Below are positions 37,821 through 49,065 of a stretch of 64,000 bases of DNA, piece after piece. A program made the translations under genes and the position numbers. How positions within the stretch are numbered: the stretch's first letter is position 1; the number at the start of each line of letters is the position of its first letter. The notes beneath the pieces were generated by a model, which saw nothing but the letters and a program-made list of their open reading frames with translations, was not told the origin of the DNA and made no database searches. The DNA comes from Amphiscolops sp. MND2022 (Eukaryota), in NCBI GenBank assembly GCA_964187785.1, contig OZ076409.1:83764001-83828000 (forward strand), in the 5' to 3' direction.

Positions 37821-40083
37821 TCAAAATTCATCCATATGTGTTTCTTCTGAAACTAAACTGGCGTAAAGAGATAACTCATCATCCTCGTTGCCAGAAATAC
37901 AGCGAATACTTTTGCGCTTGACACAGAAATATGTACTACATTTTTCAGTTTCTATGGGCGCTGTTTCTTTCGAAGGTGCAGTTTCTTCAGGTAGTCGAAG
38001 ATATTTGTGCACAGCCCATTTTGACTTTTGGAGGTCATAAGATGCAAACAGTTTCAAGTCTTCGAGGTAAAGATTACTTCTTTCTTCTTCATGTAAAGGA
38101 TACACATGATCAGCTAGGAAAAATTTGGGATTTGGGAAAATTGAGGCGTGTGTTGAGACGATGGATAAAAATTGAGATAAGAGCTCTTTGGGCAAGAACT
38201 GAATAGGGTGTAAGGAGCAACACAGTAATCTGTCGAAACGGAGGCTCTTCACAAAGGCCAACTCGAATGAACTGCCGGTTAAATCTTTCTGGTATCTCAC
38301 GAACAGTGCCACCATCGCCTGGAACAAATGTAAATCGAGGTTGGCTATTCAAAGTGAATTCACATAAGCATCAACTTCAACAGCGATCATTACGCTAATA
38401 AATCCAAGAGCTACTGTGCCTAGACATTGAATATTTCATAGTACAAACTTTTCTGACAACTTGAAAACAGATCAATCATTTCAGAAATTTTAATCATTTT
38501 CAGGAAATATCAAGGTCAATAAAAAACAGATGAATCATGTTCGGCAACTCAAGTCGATCCATGAAGATTTCTTACTGAATTTTGGAAAATTGTGATTGAG
38601 GTACTAACATAAAAACCGGCAACAAAATTCAATCTGTCTTTAGAGCATTCCGGGGATTCTTCTTTCTTCGATTGTGGAGTGAGGTTGGTCTTTTTGAGAA
38701 TCATGCAAAGATACACGGACAAATGTCTGAGAGTGTCTTTCACCAAGGGGAACCCAATGACATCTGAAGTATTGCACATGAAGCCCACCAGCCAGTACAT
38801 GGCCATTGCTAGGTTCTCGAATCTGAAGCATTCCCAGAGAACTCTCACAAAGTGCTCTGCAAAAGATGCATGAATGGTGGAAGCTGAGAGATACAGAAAA
38901 GGCAAAACGGTGAGTCCTTCAATTCTCGCATAGCTGTTGATCTGTTTGCAGTAGAAGGAAAACAACTTCTTCGCCTCGCCTGCATGATGGGCTCTTTCAA
39001 CTTCCGATGTTTGGTCTTCTTTCTCAGAGGATGCTTCCTTCTTTGAGTGTCTAACAGGGTACTTTTGATGGATTTCTTTCAGAAGAGCATTCATATACGT
39101 ATCTAATAATTCAGATTTGTCTTGTCTGAACTTCCGGTCTATCAGCGAAAGGTTGTTTAGCACAGAAAGTCGCAATTCGTTTTGATATTCACCTGAAATA
39201 ACGTGAAATTCGGTAGTCAAACTGATTTTTTAAAGCAATGAAATGGTTCTTTACAACAATGGTATTTCTAAGGAGTGTGAACTTTTTTTACTGTAAGCTT
39301 GACAGCAAACTTCATTCCACTTCATTTCAAGGAAAGACAGAAACTTTACCGATAAGTATTCCATATTTATATCAAATAGCAACCCAATGCCTTTGATGAA
39401 TACTAACTGAAATAATTATGACTCATATAGATGATATGTCCCAACATATTCTCGTGTTGATTAATGGGCAAGTTGAGAGAATCCTTCTGTCCCAACGCTA
39501 TTTTGAGCAGTCGGAGAAACTTTGCGCCTTCTCTATTGCAGACTATTTCAATGCACTGATGAACTAAAACCGCAGGTTTTGTTAGAACATCTCTACCATT
39601 TCGAGACGTCTCAGAACATTTGATAGTCCACATTAGCTTTATCAACAGCAAACAACTGTCATTTCCGTGGCTCAGACCATCATGAGTGTTCTCATTGTCA
39701 TAAAAAAGATCCATGAACTTGACTAATTTTGGAACAATACTGTCAAGTACTTCGTTGGCAAAGCATTGAAAACCAGCTTCAGATAAAACCACATTCATGA
39801 AGACAAACTCAAATTTCACATCACCGCTCACTAGTTTGTTGAGAAGAACACTAGGTTTTTCTTTAGCGATGATGGCTTTTGAGAAATTAGCAGCTATTGT
39901 CGAAGTGCCTGGTTTTCTTCTATCAAGTTCTTTCACGATATCTTTTTTGTCGGATTCTGGAACTTCTTTCTTCCAACATCGTAGAAAGGAGGCAGACAAA
40001 TTTAGCGTTTTCTTCGCACCTTTCTTCTTAAGAACTGCCCCGGTTTTAGGTGCAGCCGTATTGTTGGACAATTTAGGAGGCAT
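37821..40083 (-). CDS. RRN3: Divergent RNA polymerase I initiation factor RRN3 (TIF-IA)-like, 3 exons, ~585 aa
   Basis: Exons 40083-39408, 39192-38609 and 38318-37821 join in phase (1758 nt). Segments FAEHFVRVLW, GFY and LRFDRLLCCSLHPIQFLP recall RRN3 motifs (F.RIV.S.LNPL..C). The gene structure is more certain than the name. Confidence 0.65.
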
Positions 40084-40478
40084 TCTAATTCTAAAACAGT
40101 TGAATTTCAAATTTACGTCATGAAACTCGAGCAGCGAGTGTCAAATTATTCAAAGGTCTCGAATTGCAGAAACCTCTCAAATACCGATCCTAGTCGAACT
40201 ACTGCGGAAGCTACAAAAACTTTCCCAGGCATAGCAAACACATGACATCCGGTTGCTTTCGAATTCTCCAGATACGCTCTTGATCAACACATCGTTCGGA
40301 AAACTAAACAAATGCTTTTAAATACGGCTGAAGGACGTGTCTTTCGACGATTTAATTGTTCGCGAAAAAAACTGTTGGCTCAGAAGCTTTCCGGAATTTT
40401 TCAAAAACATGTTTTTTTCGGGAAACGATCAATTAAATTCATCTTTAACAGACTTTCGTTTGAGCTCTAGTATAAATT

Positions 40479-41006
40479 AACAAGCCGGGACCGGCCCAAG
40501 TCGGCGCCATATCCAAGGCTCAAAAATAGCAAAAAGACTTCCAAGTGTCAAGTACTCTTTTACAGTACTCGAAAATCGAAATTTTTCGAAAAAAAATTTT
40601 TCGAAAAAATTACATACTCAAAAAAATGGACCGAGTGGCGCGCTAAAGTCTCACAATGCCGAAAAACTGAAAGGGGGGACCCTTTGAGGTTTTTCAACAT
40701 CCATTCTGTCGCAAAACATCAAAAAAAATGCAGGGGGGACCCTTTGGGGAAAAATTTTTTTTCGAAAAAAAGTCTCGCAGTGCCGAAAAAAATGAAAGGG
40801 GGGAGTCTTTGGTCTCGCCCGGTATGGTATGTTACGCGGAAAAACAGGAAAAACCTTTTTGGTTCAGTTCGCTAGACCAAATAGTGCATTTTGATGCAAT
40901 AATATTTTGTGGAACTTTTGTAGAACTATTTTGGTCAGTTCGTGTGGATAGAAAAAAAAGTCACTATAATAGTCGCGTTTCACTTCATGAAGCGCCGACT
41001 AAAAAA
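40479..41006 (-). mobile_element. Helentron/DINE-1-like family 1, full length, young
   Basis: Near-identical to 12903-13553. Confidence 0.75.
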
Positions 41007-41741
41007 TTAGTGAAAAATATTCTTGACAGTAGTCCAAAAAAGACATTTTTAGCTATTTTCGAACAAGTACAGTCCAACTCGGACAAAAGAAACATTTGGA
41101 TATAAGAAACGTTTTCTCTCCTCCGCTTTCATGCAAGACAAACTTCCTATGTTGATAGAACAAGTGATGAAATGATTTATCGATGAAAGAAACTCTTTCC
41201 TTACCGTATTAAGAGTTTCTTTTATCCGAGTTTGACTGTAGTACCAAAAAATCTCAAAGAACGACTTCATTTCAATTAGTTTTAAGATTGACTTTCAACC
41301 GAGAGCAATACTTAAATCAGGCTGAGAATTTTGTGAAACAATTCGAAAATGTAGCAGGAAATTTTGGGATTGGAAAAGGGTTTACTTTTAGAATGAAAAG
41401 AATAATACGCCTCTCAATTCACCAAAATTCAGGTCGTTGAATAGCCGTATCGGTTTAAATAATTAATTTACAACAATTATCATTATTACTTAAAATTTAA
41501 ATTTTCACACTGTCCTCATATATGTAAAATCCTTTGTATTTCATCGTAATGCGAGGAAATTCAGTGTTTTTTAAAGATGAAAAACATCAGTGAATGGAAA
41601 TATTTACTTTGGAAGCCAAAGATTCAAAAACAATTTAGGATATTTGAATTTCAAAGATAAGGGTCTTACAAAACAGCACTTTTTTGGTTTTTGGAAATGC
41701 AAACATCAACACAGGGAAGGGATAAGTATGCAAGGCGTTGA

Positions 41742-43097
41742 CTATTGCAAGACTAGTCCAATTTGATCATGGGTTACTTTAGGACATTTGAAGTTATAGA
41801 AGTAGAACTGAAGATTTCCATCTCCGATGCCAAATTTGAGGTCTTCGACGAAACTGGAGTTTGTCATTATGTTGAGGCAGTTGAATACATCAAAGCCATC
41901 GCGTTTAGCAAGTATTAGAGCGTCGTTCATTATTTGGGTTAAAGGAGTTTCAGTATGTACATTGTAAAATGAATAGGCGGCTCTAATTGACTTATGCTTC
42001 GGATTGTTCATAACTTGCGATGGCAAATGATAAAAGCTGAGCATATCTGTTATAGTTGAATTATTGCCTTCCACAACATAGCAGTAGACAACATTGTCAA
42101 CTGGATTGAACCAATGTCGCACTTCTGTTTCTGTGAAAACAGGAGCCACGGAAAATTGTGAAAGGTATGAGTTAATAAGGCTAGTCAACGCTGGAAAATC
42201 ATCATCTTCAACTTTTCTTAGGTTTTTTGTTTTTGGCTCCGGGTCTAACTTGTAAAGTTTCTGTAATCTTTGCAAAGTCTGATTTTTTCTCAAGCCACTG
42301 AAACCAGTTTCGACCAACTTTTTGGGATTCAAAGATCTATGATAATAGCGAGCAGTTGCAAAAGGGGTTGGCAAAAAGACTCCGGCGGTATATACAGCTT
42401 GAAATATTCCTTTTTTATTGACACGCCGCGTGATTTCTCGGATTAATACAGGAGTAACCCGCTTTGCCCTCAGCTTTTTGTGGACGCACAAGAAGTTAAT
42501 TTCGGCCATTTTTTGCACCCTGCCAAAAACTTGAATGGTAGCAGGCACTCCTGATATGAATCCAACTAGTTTCCTGGTGCTGCTAGTAGTACGGACACCG
42601 ACATGCCAGTCTCTCACATATTCTGGTGGTTGCAACGCCCACTTGAGAAATTCCGGGGAATAATCAAACCGAAACATATTGTCATCATCTTCGACGTAGT
42701 TTTCAGTTAGGAGTTTGTAAACTTCGTCCAAAACTGCAGGATCTCGCAAATCCAATGTTTCCCAGCAGAAACCACCGGGGAGAGAATAGGGTTCAGAGCG
42801 AATTTCCTCGGTAGGTTTATCGGGCTCAATGGGACCTATATCTTCCGGTTGAATGCTAGCGCCTATTTGAGGAACAGGTTGAGTACTCCAGAAAGCATAA
42901 TTTCGCTTCTTAGCGTCTTCTTCAGACTTCACCTTATCTTTCTCAGAGGATTCTACAATTTGCATCAATTTCAATTTATTTGTCATCGCGGTGGAGCTAC
43001 TGGAAGCTTTAGCACCCGAGTCACCAGTTGCGTGAGTTTCATCAGTCTCACCATTTTCCACATTCTTTCCCTGGTTTTTTGATGTATCTTCCATCAT
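41742..43097 (-). CDS. NMT1: Glycylpeptide N-tetradecanoyltransferase (N-myristoyltransferase), intronless CDS, 451 aa
   Basis: [44 protein letters not shown] and C-terminal IGLVLQ. Confidence 0.97.
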   Translation of the reverse strand: MMEDTSKNQGKNVENGETDETHATGDSGAKASSSSTAMTNKLKLMQIVESSEKDKVKSEEDAKKRNYAFWSTQPVPQIGASIQPEDIGPIEPDKPTEEIRSEPYSLPGGFCWETLDLRDPAVLDEVYKLLTENYVEDDDNMFRFDYSPEFLKWALQPPEYVRDWHVGVRTTSSTRKLVGFISGVPATIQVFGRVQKMAEINFLCVHKKLRAKRVTPVLIREITRRVNKKGIFQAVYTAGVFLPTPFATARYYHRSLNPKKLVETGFSGLRKNQTLQRLQKLYKLDPEPKTKNLRKVEDDDFPALTSLINSYLSQFSVAPVFTETEVRHWFNPVDNVVYCYVVEGNNSTITDMLSFYHLPSQVMNNPKHKSIRAAYSFYNVHTETPLTQIMNDALILAKRDGFDVFNCLNIMTNSSFVEDLKFGIGDGNLQFYFYNFKCPKVTHDQIGLVLQ

Positions 43098-43278
43098 TGA
43101 TGTTTTTATCGATGATTCGAGCCAATATTATCTAAAACGACAAGAGCTGGTATTTAGAGAAACTTCGCTCAATTGAAAGAATTCGCTTAATTCTACGAAT
43201 GAGGATCAAACGAATTAGTTAGCCCTTGGGTCTCCATTTCAAATGGCATAGATTGTCGTCATTAACCTGGTGCCATAT

Positions 43279-43710
43279 CAGGGACACCCAATAAACAATT
43301 GGGTTCCAAATAATGGCAATTATCATTGATTAGGCTGTTCCACAATGACCAATTATTTGATTGGCGACTACTCAATAGTTGAAATAACTTACAAAAAACT
43401 TCATGTTTTCACTGCTTTTCAGGTTGAAATGAGTACGGTGGCTGACAAAGTCTCCTTGCCTCAGATTTTTCAAGAAGATGGAAAACAGTGATACGTGGAA
43501 GTGTGGCAAGATATTGAAGAAACAGGGTACTGGATGGTCAAATCTAACTGTTCATGTAAGAACACAGCATGAAAACAGTAGTCTAAAGTCGAACCAAGGG
43601 ACTTTGGATTTTCATTGCAGGAAATCGGAGAATATTTACGGTTGGGCTGAGTGTGTCTGCATGGACTTAAAGCCTTTTGCGTTTGTCGGAAACGAACTGA
43701 CAAGAAAATA
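43279..43710 (+). mobile_element. 5' remnant of a hAT-like transposon with a BED-finger fragment
   Basis: Starts cagggacacccaat (compare the hAT TIR at 50906). ORF 43478-43711 reads WKCGKILKKQGTGWSNL...H...H followed by IYGWAECVCMDLKPFAFV. Confidence 0.55.
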
Positions 43711-43820
43711 AATAATTTTTTGTCAGTTCGTTTTCGTAGGCCCCTCTTTGCGGAAGGATGTAAAGTTGGCTTAAGTTTTCAGTTGGACGAGCAAGTTTGT
43801 TCAAGTGAAAATGTCACAGG

Positions 43821-43972
43821 GGATTATAGTAAGTTTGTAGAAAGGAAGTTTGTAGAATTCTATAAACTTACTATGGGTGGGTGAATTTGTAGAATTATTT
43901 TCTAGAAAATTACTATCACTTTTCAACAAACTTACTTCTACAAACTTGCTTTCTATGAACTTACTATCTACC
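43821..43972. mobile_element. 152-bp Foldback-like MITE
   Basis: TIR gg-N3-atagtaagtt with aagtttgtagaa repeats; TSD gtcacagg / gtaacagg (43813-43820, 43973-43980). Confidence 0.8.
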
Positions 43973-44575
43973 GTAACAGGTGAAGTTCTTCGAGTTTTTT
44001 GCTGGAATTGATGAATCCTCACAATATTTTGCAGTCGGTATGGTCGAAGATGTCGAGGACAATTTTTATTTGCACGGAGGACAGAAATTTTGCTGCAGAA
44101 GAAAGAGTAGTATACGTTGTCTTGATCACCTCATGAGCACTTCGAGGAGGCACATCTGCTTAACTTCTTTTTGATCTCATTGGGATTCTGAACGTTTCGG
44201 TAACAAATGACCGGGAATAAGACCTAAAATTTCAAAAATAAGACCTAAAACTCAAAAAGAGTGGAATAAGACCTAAAAAACAGGACTAAGGCCTAAAATG
44301 CGGAATAAGACCTGAAAAACTATTTAAAAAAACAATGCGAGCCAAAATTTCTTCGAAAATCAGAGGATTAATGCAATCAACACAGATAGCTTCCAGCGGG
44401 TGGCTGTAAATAGGTCGAATTGCTCTGGTCGAACCTTTTGATCGAATTGCAGGGATCGAATGGAATGCGGTCGAATTTTATCGTATTTGTCGCTTCGCTC
44501 CCTTCGCCAAGTAGCAACATTGAGGCATGGCCATATGGCAAGTCGCTCCGCTTCGCTTCGCTCCTGCATTCAGGG

Positions 44576-44806
44576 GGATTGCATGAAATGGGTCGAATGA
44601 AATAGGTCGAAAAGAATTAGGTCGACCCTTTTAGTCGAATAACTTAGGTCGAATTGGATCGAATGGAATTGGGTCGAAATCAATATGTTGTCTCCCTAGA
44701 ACTTGGCATTTTTCAAGGTCGACCCAAGTCCATTCGACCCAATTCCGAAACGGTGTAGATTCGACCCATGGCACAGGAGGCCGATTCGACCCATTTCCGT
44801 TCACCC
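44576..44806. mobile_element. MITE G nested in F
   Basis: TIR gg-N7-gaaatgggtcgaat; perfect 9-bp TSD cattcaggg (44567-44575, 44807-44815). Confidence 0.88.
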
Positions 44807-44875
44807 CATTCAGGGCACTAGGGGTATGAGAACATATCTGACTACCAGCCAAGCTGACTGACACCAGTTTGATGC

Positions 44876-45843
44876 GGTTACCAGTCACTTGGCTTAATAC
44901 CATTTGGCTTAATTTTTTCGTCGAGTCACTTGGCTTAAAAATTTTAAGCCAAAAGACCACAAAATTAGGCCAACTCCATTCCAAGTCGAGGAATAAATAT
45001 GCCAACTCCCGGAAACATCATAATGTGGGGCATATGCGGTGTATGCACGCTCGCCCTCACCGTCGCAAAGACCAGCTCCCACTACGATCGCTTCGCGATC
45101 TTCGTTTCCGCTATGTCTTTGCTCCTGTTCGACCTCGCTTAGCAAGATGGGAAAATGAGCGGCCCCAAGGGGCCGCAGGGCACTAGAGGAAATGGGGACA
45201 TATCCGAGGGGTACTTGATATGGATACGGGACAATTTGCCGAAAGACAATTTGCCGAAAATTGACTCAGGGACAATTTGCCGAATTTTTTTCGGCAAATT
45301 GTCCCTGACATTCGGCAAATTGGGTTTCCTCACCTAATATGGGGTCATATACGGTGTATGCACGCTTGCCCTCACCGTCGCAAAGACCAGCTCCCACTAC
45401 GATCGCTTCGCGATCTCCGTTCCCGCTAGGTCTTTGCTCCTGTTCGACCTCGCTTAGCAAGATGGGAACATAGGCGGCCCCAAGGGGCCGCGGGGCACTA
45501 GAGGAAATGGGGGCATATTCGGCAAATTGTCCCTACAAAATTCGACAAATTCATAGGGACAATTTGCCGAAAAAAATTCGGCAAATTGTCCCTGAGTCAA
45601 TTTTCGGCAAATTGTCTTTCGGCAAATTGTCCCTAACCCCTTGATATGACAAGTTATATTAATACGCTGACTACGTTATAAAGATAAATTTGTGTTTTCA
45701 ACTAAGTGGTTTTATGTCAAATAACTTTAAGCCAAGTGACCATTACCCGAGACACTTGGCTTAAAAAAATTAAGCCAAGTGACCAATTGTATTAAGCCAA
45801 ATGATTTTAAGCCAAATGGCATTAAGCCAAGTGACCATTTACC
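44876..45843. mobile_element. MITE A (gtcacttggcttaa-repeat TIR) nested in the Penelope element
   Basis: Ends ggttaccagtcacttggc / gccaagtgaccatttacc; TSD tttgatgc / tttgattc; core 1 at 45021-45209. Confidence 0.8.
45222..45639. mobile_element. MITE B (gacaatttgccgaa-repeat TIR) nested in A
   Basis: TIRs of about 80 bp; perfect 8-bp TSD cttgatat (45214-45221, 45640-45647); core 1 at 45335-45520. Confidence 0.9.
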
Positions 45844-46139
45844 TTTGATTCTAAACTTTCAAGGCTTGGCGCCAACCCAATAAAAGAGGAACGTTGTAGA
45901 GGGAACCATTCACCGAATAAACCATACAACGACAGGCTGGATTGTCTTCCATGATGGCGTAGCCAAGGCACAACTGACGTTTGAGCAAAATGGATATCCT
46001 CCTCAACTTTATGGAAATATTGTTCGGGACACTATCAACAAGAGTCGGAATGTCGCAAGTCCAATCATCCGACAGGACACAGGTGAGGGGAAAGCTGTGG
46101 AAAAGAGCAAGGAACGGCGCTCCCTTTTAATGTTACAGT

Positions 46140-46535
46140 GGAATTCCGGACGTTTCGGCAAAAACATGGCGGCGGACGTTTCGGCAAAAAAATATGCCGA
46201 AACGTCTCAGGATAAAAAAAATTTGCCGAAACGTCTTGCATGATATAATGTGGGGCATATGCCATGTATGCACGCTCGCCCTCACCGTCGCAAAGACCAG
46301 CTCCCACTACGATCGCTTCGCGATCTCCGTTCCCGCTAGGTCTTTGCTCCTGTTCGACCTCGCTTAGCAAGATGGGAATATAAGCGGCCCCAAGGGGCCG
46401 CGGGGCACTAGAGGAAATGGAGACACATCCGAGGGGGAGCAGGACGTTTCGGCAAAAGACGTTTCGGCAAAAAACATGGCTATGGACGTTTCGGCAAAAA
46501 AAATTCGATTTTTTTTGCCGAAACGTCCTGCTTCC
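46140..46535. mobile_element. MITE C (gacgtttcggcaaaa-type) nested in the Penelope ORF
   Basis: Flanked by a ttacagt duplication; removing it restores LLMLQYRG. Core 1 at 46246-46434. The segment ~46435-46535 is itself a mini-foldback. Confidence 0.75.
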
Positions 46536-47087
46536 TTACAGTATAGGGGCCAGGAAAGCGATAGATTCGCACGCAGACTGCGAACACATGGAGTGTCGAA
46601 TATTTTCACCATCAGGAAACTCAAAAGCTGCCTACCAAGTCTAAAGGATCCAATACCTGAAGAACTCTCGAGTAAAGTGATCTACCAAATTGAATGTCCG
46701 GGATGCCACTCCAGCTATGTCGGCCAAACGGCCAGACATGTGATCACTAGACTGGGAGAACACAGGAGGAATTCATCGCCTATGGGAAGGCTTTTTGGTG
46801 AATGCGCACTTAAAACAGGCGAAGTGACGGCGACAGTACTGGACCGATGCACGAACGTCAACAAAGTACTGACGATGGAAGCTCTGTACATCGCAAGGAC
46901 TAGGCCGATATTGAACCAACGAGAGGAATACTGCTCGAGGGACCTAACGTTAAAATTATAGATGCTGGAAATTTTATATTTCCCTCTATGATATATTGTT
47001 TATCTCATTTTTATAGTACATGATTTACTCCATTGCGTAATGTTTTTAGCTTTATACCTTGGGTATTTTATAATGATTGTGTATTTT

Positions 47088-47132
47088 TAGTTACTGATGA
47101 TGACTCCTTGGAATTGAAAATGTTTTAACATT
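47088..47132 (+). ncRNA. Degenerate minimal type I hammerhead ribozyme motif in the Penelope 3' region
   Basis: gtta-CTGATGA-t-gactcc-tt-ggaatt-GAAA-atgttt-taac; CTGATGA at 47094-47100 and GAAA at 47116-47119. Confidence 0.55.
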
Positions 47133-48440
47133 GAGAAACCTTTCTGTATATATCTGACTACGTTATAAAAATTTCGATCCGAGTTGTTTCGATCCCATTC
47201 AAAAATTTGGTATTTCGACCTGAGGACTAACTCTGATTTTCGATCCCGTTCCTTCGACCTATTTCCGCCCACCCAGGAAAAACCTGCTGAAAAAAAACCT
47301 CCAGCAGATGAAATTGAGGCAATTAACATAAAAAACCCATATTAAATAAAATTTTTCATCATTTTTTTCCTGCCACTGATTTTATAGAATAGTCAGATCT
47401 CAAATCATTTTATTCAATTAAAAAACATTACCTTTCGTAAATGCCTCACAAAATTTTCAGTACTTTCCACTTCTAATGTGGGGGCATATCCGGTGTATGA
47501 ACGCTTGCCCTCACCGTCGCAAAGACCAGCTCCCACTACGATTGCTTCGCGATCTCCGTTCTCGCTAGGTCTTTGCTCCTGTTCGACCTCGCTTAGCAAG
47601 ATGGGAACATAAGGGGCCGCGGGGCACTAGAGAAAATGGGGAAACATCAGAGGCACGTTTCATAATATAAAAAACTGCAGATATTATTCCTTTAAAGACT
47701 CTTCTGTTCTCCCCTTGGGTCTCATTCCCCATTTAGGTCTTATTCCCATTTTTAGGTGTAATTCCCACTTTTTTAGGTCGTGTTTTTTGTTTCTAGGTCT
47801 TATTTCGCTATAAGGTCTTCTTTCAAAAAGTGGGAATAAGACCTAAACTTTAAGGTCTTATTCCTGAATATGAATTTTACTTTAGGTCTTATTCCCGTTT
47901 TCAATTTAGGTCTTAATCCGTATGTCTTAATCCGTTCCCCTTCGGTGACAGACATTTCGGCGACAACATGGCGGCGGACGTTTCGGCGACAAAGAGTCAC
48001 CGAAACGTCTTTGTCGCCGAAACGTCCTCTGATAACGTTCGTTTTGGAAGCGAAAATTTTATAATGGGGGCATATGGTGTGTATGCACGGACGCCCGCAC
48101 CGTCGCAGTGACCAGCTCCCACTACGATCGCTTCGCGATCTCCGTTCCCGCTAGGTCTTTGCTCCTGTCCGACCTCGCTTAGCAAGATGGGAACATAAGC
48201 AGCCCCAAGTGCCGCGGGGCACTAGAGGAAATGGGGACATATCCAAGGCCCGCTTTATACTTTTCAAATGATATCTTCTATATGATGTATACGAAACCAA
48301 GTCTCCTGATACTTTATGCTGTGATCTTCATATATATGTTTCCGCCCATCCTATGAAGAGACGTTTCGGCAACAGTTTTCGTCCCACCCTGTTAAGAGAC
48401 GTTTCGACGACACTTTGTCGCCGAAACGTCCAATTACACG

Positions 48441-48605
48441 TCTGTCGCCGAAACGTCTGTCGCCGAAACGTCTGTCGCTGAAATGTCTGTCGCCGAAACG
48501 TCTGTCGCCGAAACGTCTGTCGCCGAAACGTCTGTCGCCGAAACGTCTGTCGCCGAAACGTCTGTCGCCGAAATGTCTGTCGCCGGAACGTCTGTCGCCG
48601 AAACG
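48441..48605. repeat. 15-bp tandem array, 11 units (tctgtcgccgaaacg), in the right arm of MITE E
   Basis: Counted directly; it explains the spurious SPKRL / DVSAT ORFs. Confidence 0.95.
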
Positions 48606-48711
48606 TCTTGTTCCCTCTTATTGAAGATCGTCGTGTTGGCCATTAGGCGTCTACAGTTGTGGTTTGCATAATAGGGAATTCCCCTAATAGGAATTACCCT
48701 AATAAAGCCAA

Positions 48712-49065
48712 GTCCGGTCAGGGAAAGTAGTACAAAAAGGTCCCCCTTTCATTTTTGTACTATTTTACCATAGCCTACAAAACCGGACGAGACTAAAAGG
48801 TCCGCCTTTCGATTTTTGTCGGCATTGTGCGACTTTTCATCGAAAATTTTTTAATGTATCACGGAGTCCCCTTTTCGAGTTTTCGGATACTTTGCAACAA
48901 AATAAATGTTAATAAAGCCCAAATGGTCTCCCCTTTTACATTTTTTGGCACTAAGCGACATTTTCTGAAAAAAAATTAAAAATTTCAAGTTTTTTTTCAA
49001 AAAATGGTCTTTTGTGATTTTTGAGCCTTAGATATAGCGCCGACTTTAGACGTTTCCGTCTTGTT
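48712..49065 (+). mobile_element. Helentron-like family 1-related partial copy
   Basis: Ends tttgagccttagatatagcgccgactttagacgtttccgtcttgtt. Confidence 0.55.

Larger units (their letters stand above)
44846..47149 (+). mobile_element. 5'-truncated Penelope-like retroelement (RT C-terminus plus GIY-YIG endonuclease) nested in F
   Basis: 12-bp duplication atatctgactac (44834-44845, 47150-47161). Reassembled reading KLTDTSLILNFQGLAP...HRI...NGYP, then VIYQIECPGCHSSYVGQTARHVITRLGEH...MEALYIARTRPILN to the stop at 46961. Confidence 0.85.
44398..47274. mobile_element. MITE F (gggtggctgtaaataggtcgaa TIR, core 2) nested in D
   Basis: Pieces 44398-44575, 44816-44845 and 47162-47274 reassemble into the uninterrupted copy at 62508-62851. 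No TSD seen. Confidence 0.8.
44206..47940. mobile_element. MITE D (ggaataagacctaaa-repeat TIR) nested in E
   Basis: aataagacctaaa arrays at 44213-44320 and inverted at 47730-47940; flanks ttcggtaaca / ttcggtgaca. The left tip is eroded. Core 1 at 47474-47653. Confidence 0.65.
44183..48615. mobile_element. Outermost MITE (E, acgtttcggcgac-type TIR) enclosing the nested stack
   Basis: Ends ggattctgaacgtttcgg / ccgaaacgtcttgttccc; TSD tctcattg / tcttattg. Its own sequence is 44183-44205 plus 47950-48615, with core 1 at 48062-48248. Confidence 0.7.

Noticed and set aside
44909..48185. Recurrent ORF MLSEVEQEQRPSGNGDREAIVVGAGLCDGEG as a peptide gene family
   Set aside because: It is the reverse translation of core 1, starts at TTG, and has unrelated C-termini in each copy.
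48415..48671. ORFs with SPKRL / DVSAT / AETSV repeats, and a possible CRISPR-like array
   Set aside because: They are translations of a spacer-less 15-bp tandem array in a MITE arm. There are no spacers or cas genes, and the context is eukaryotic.
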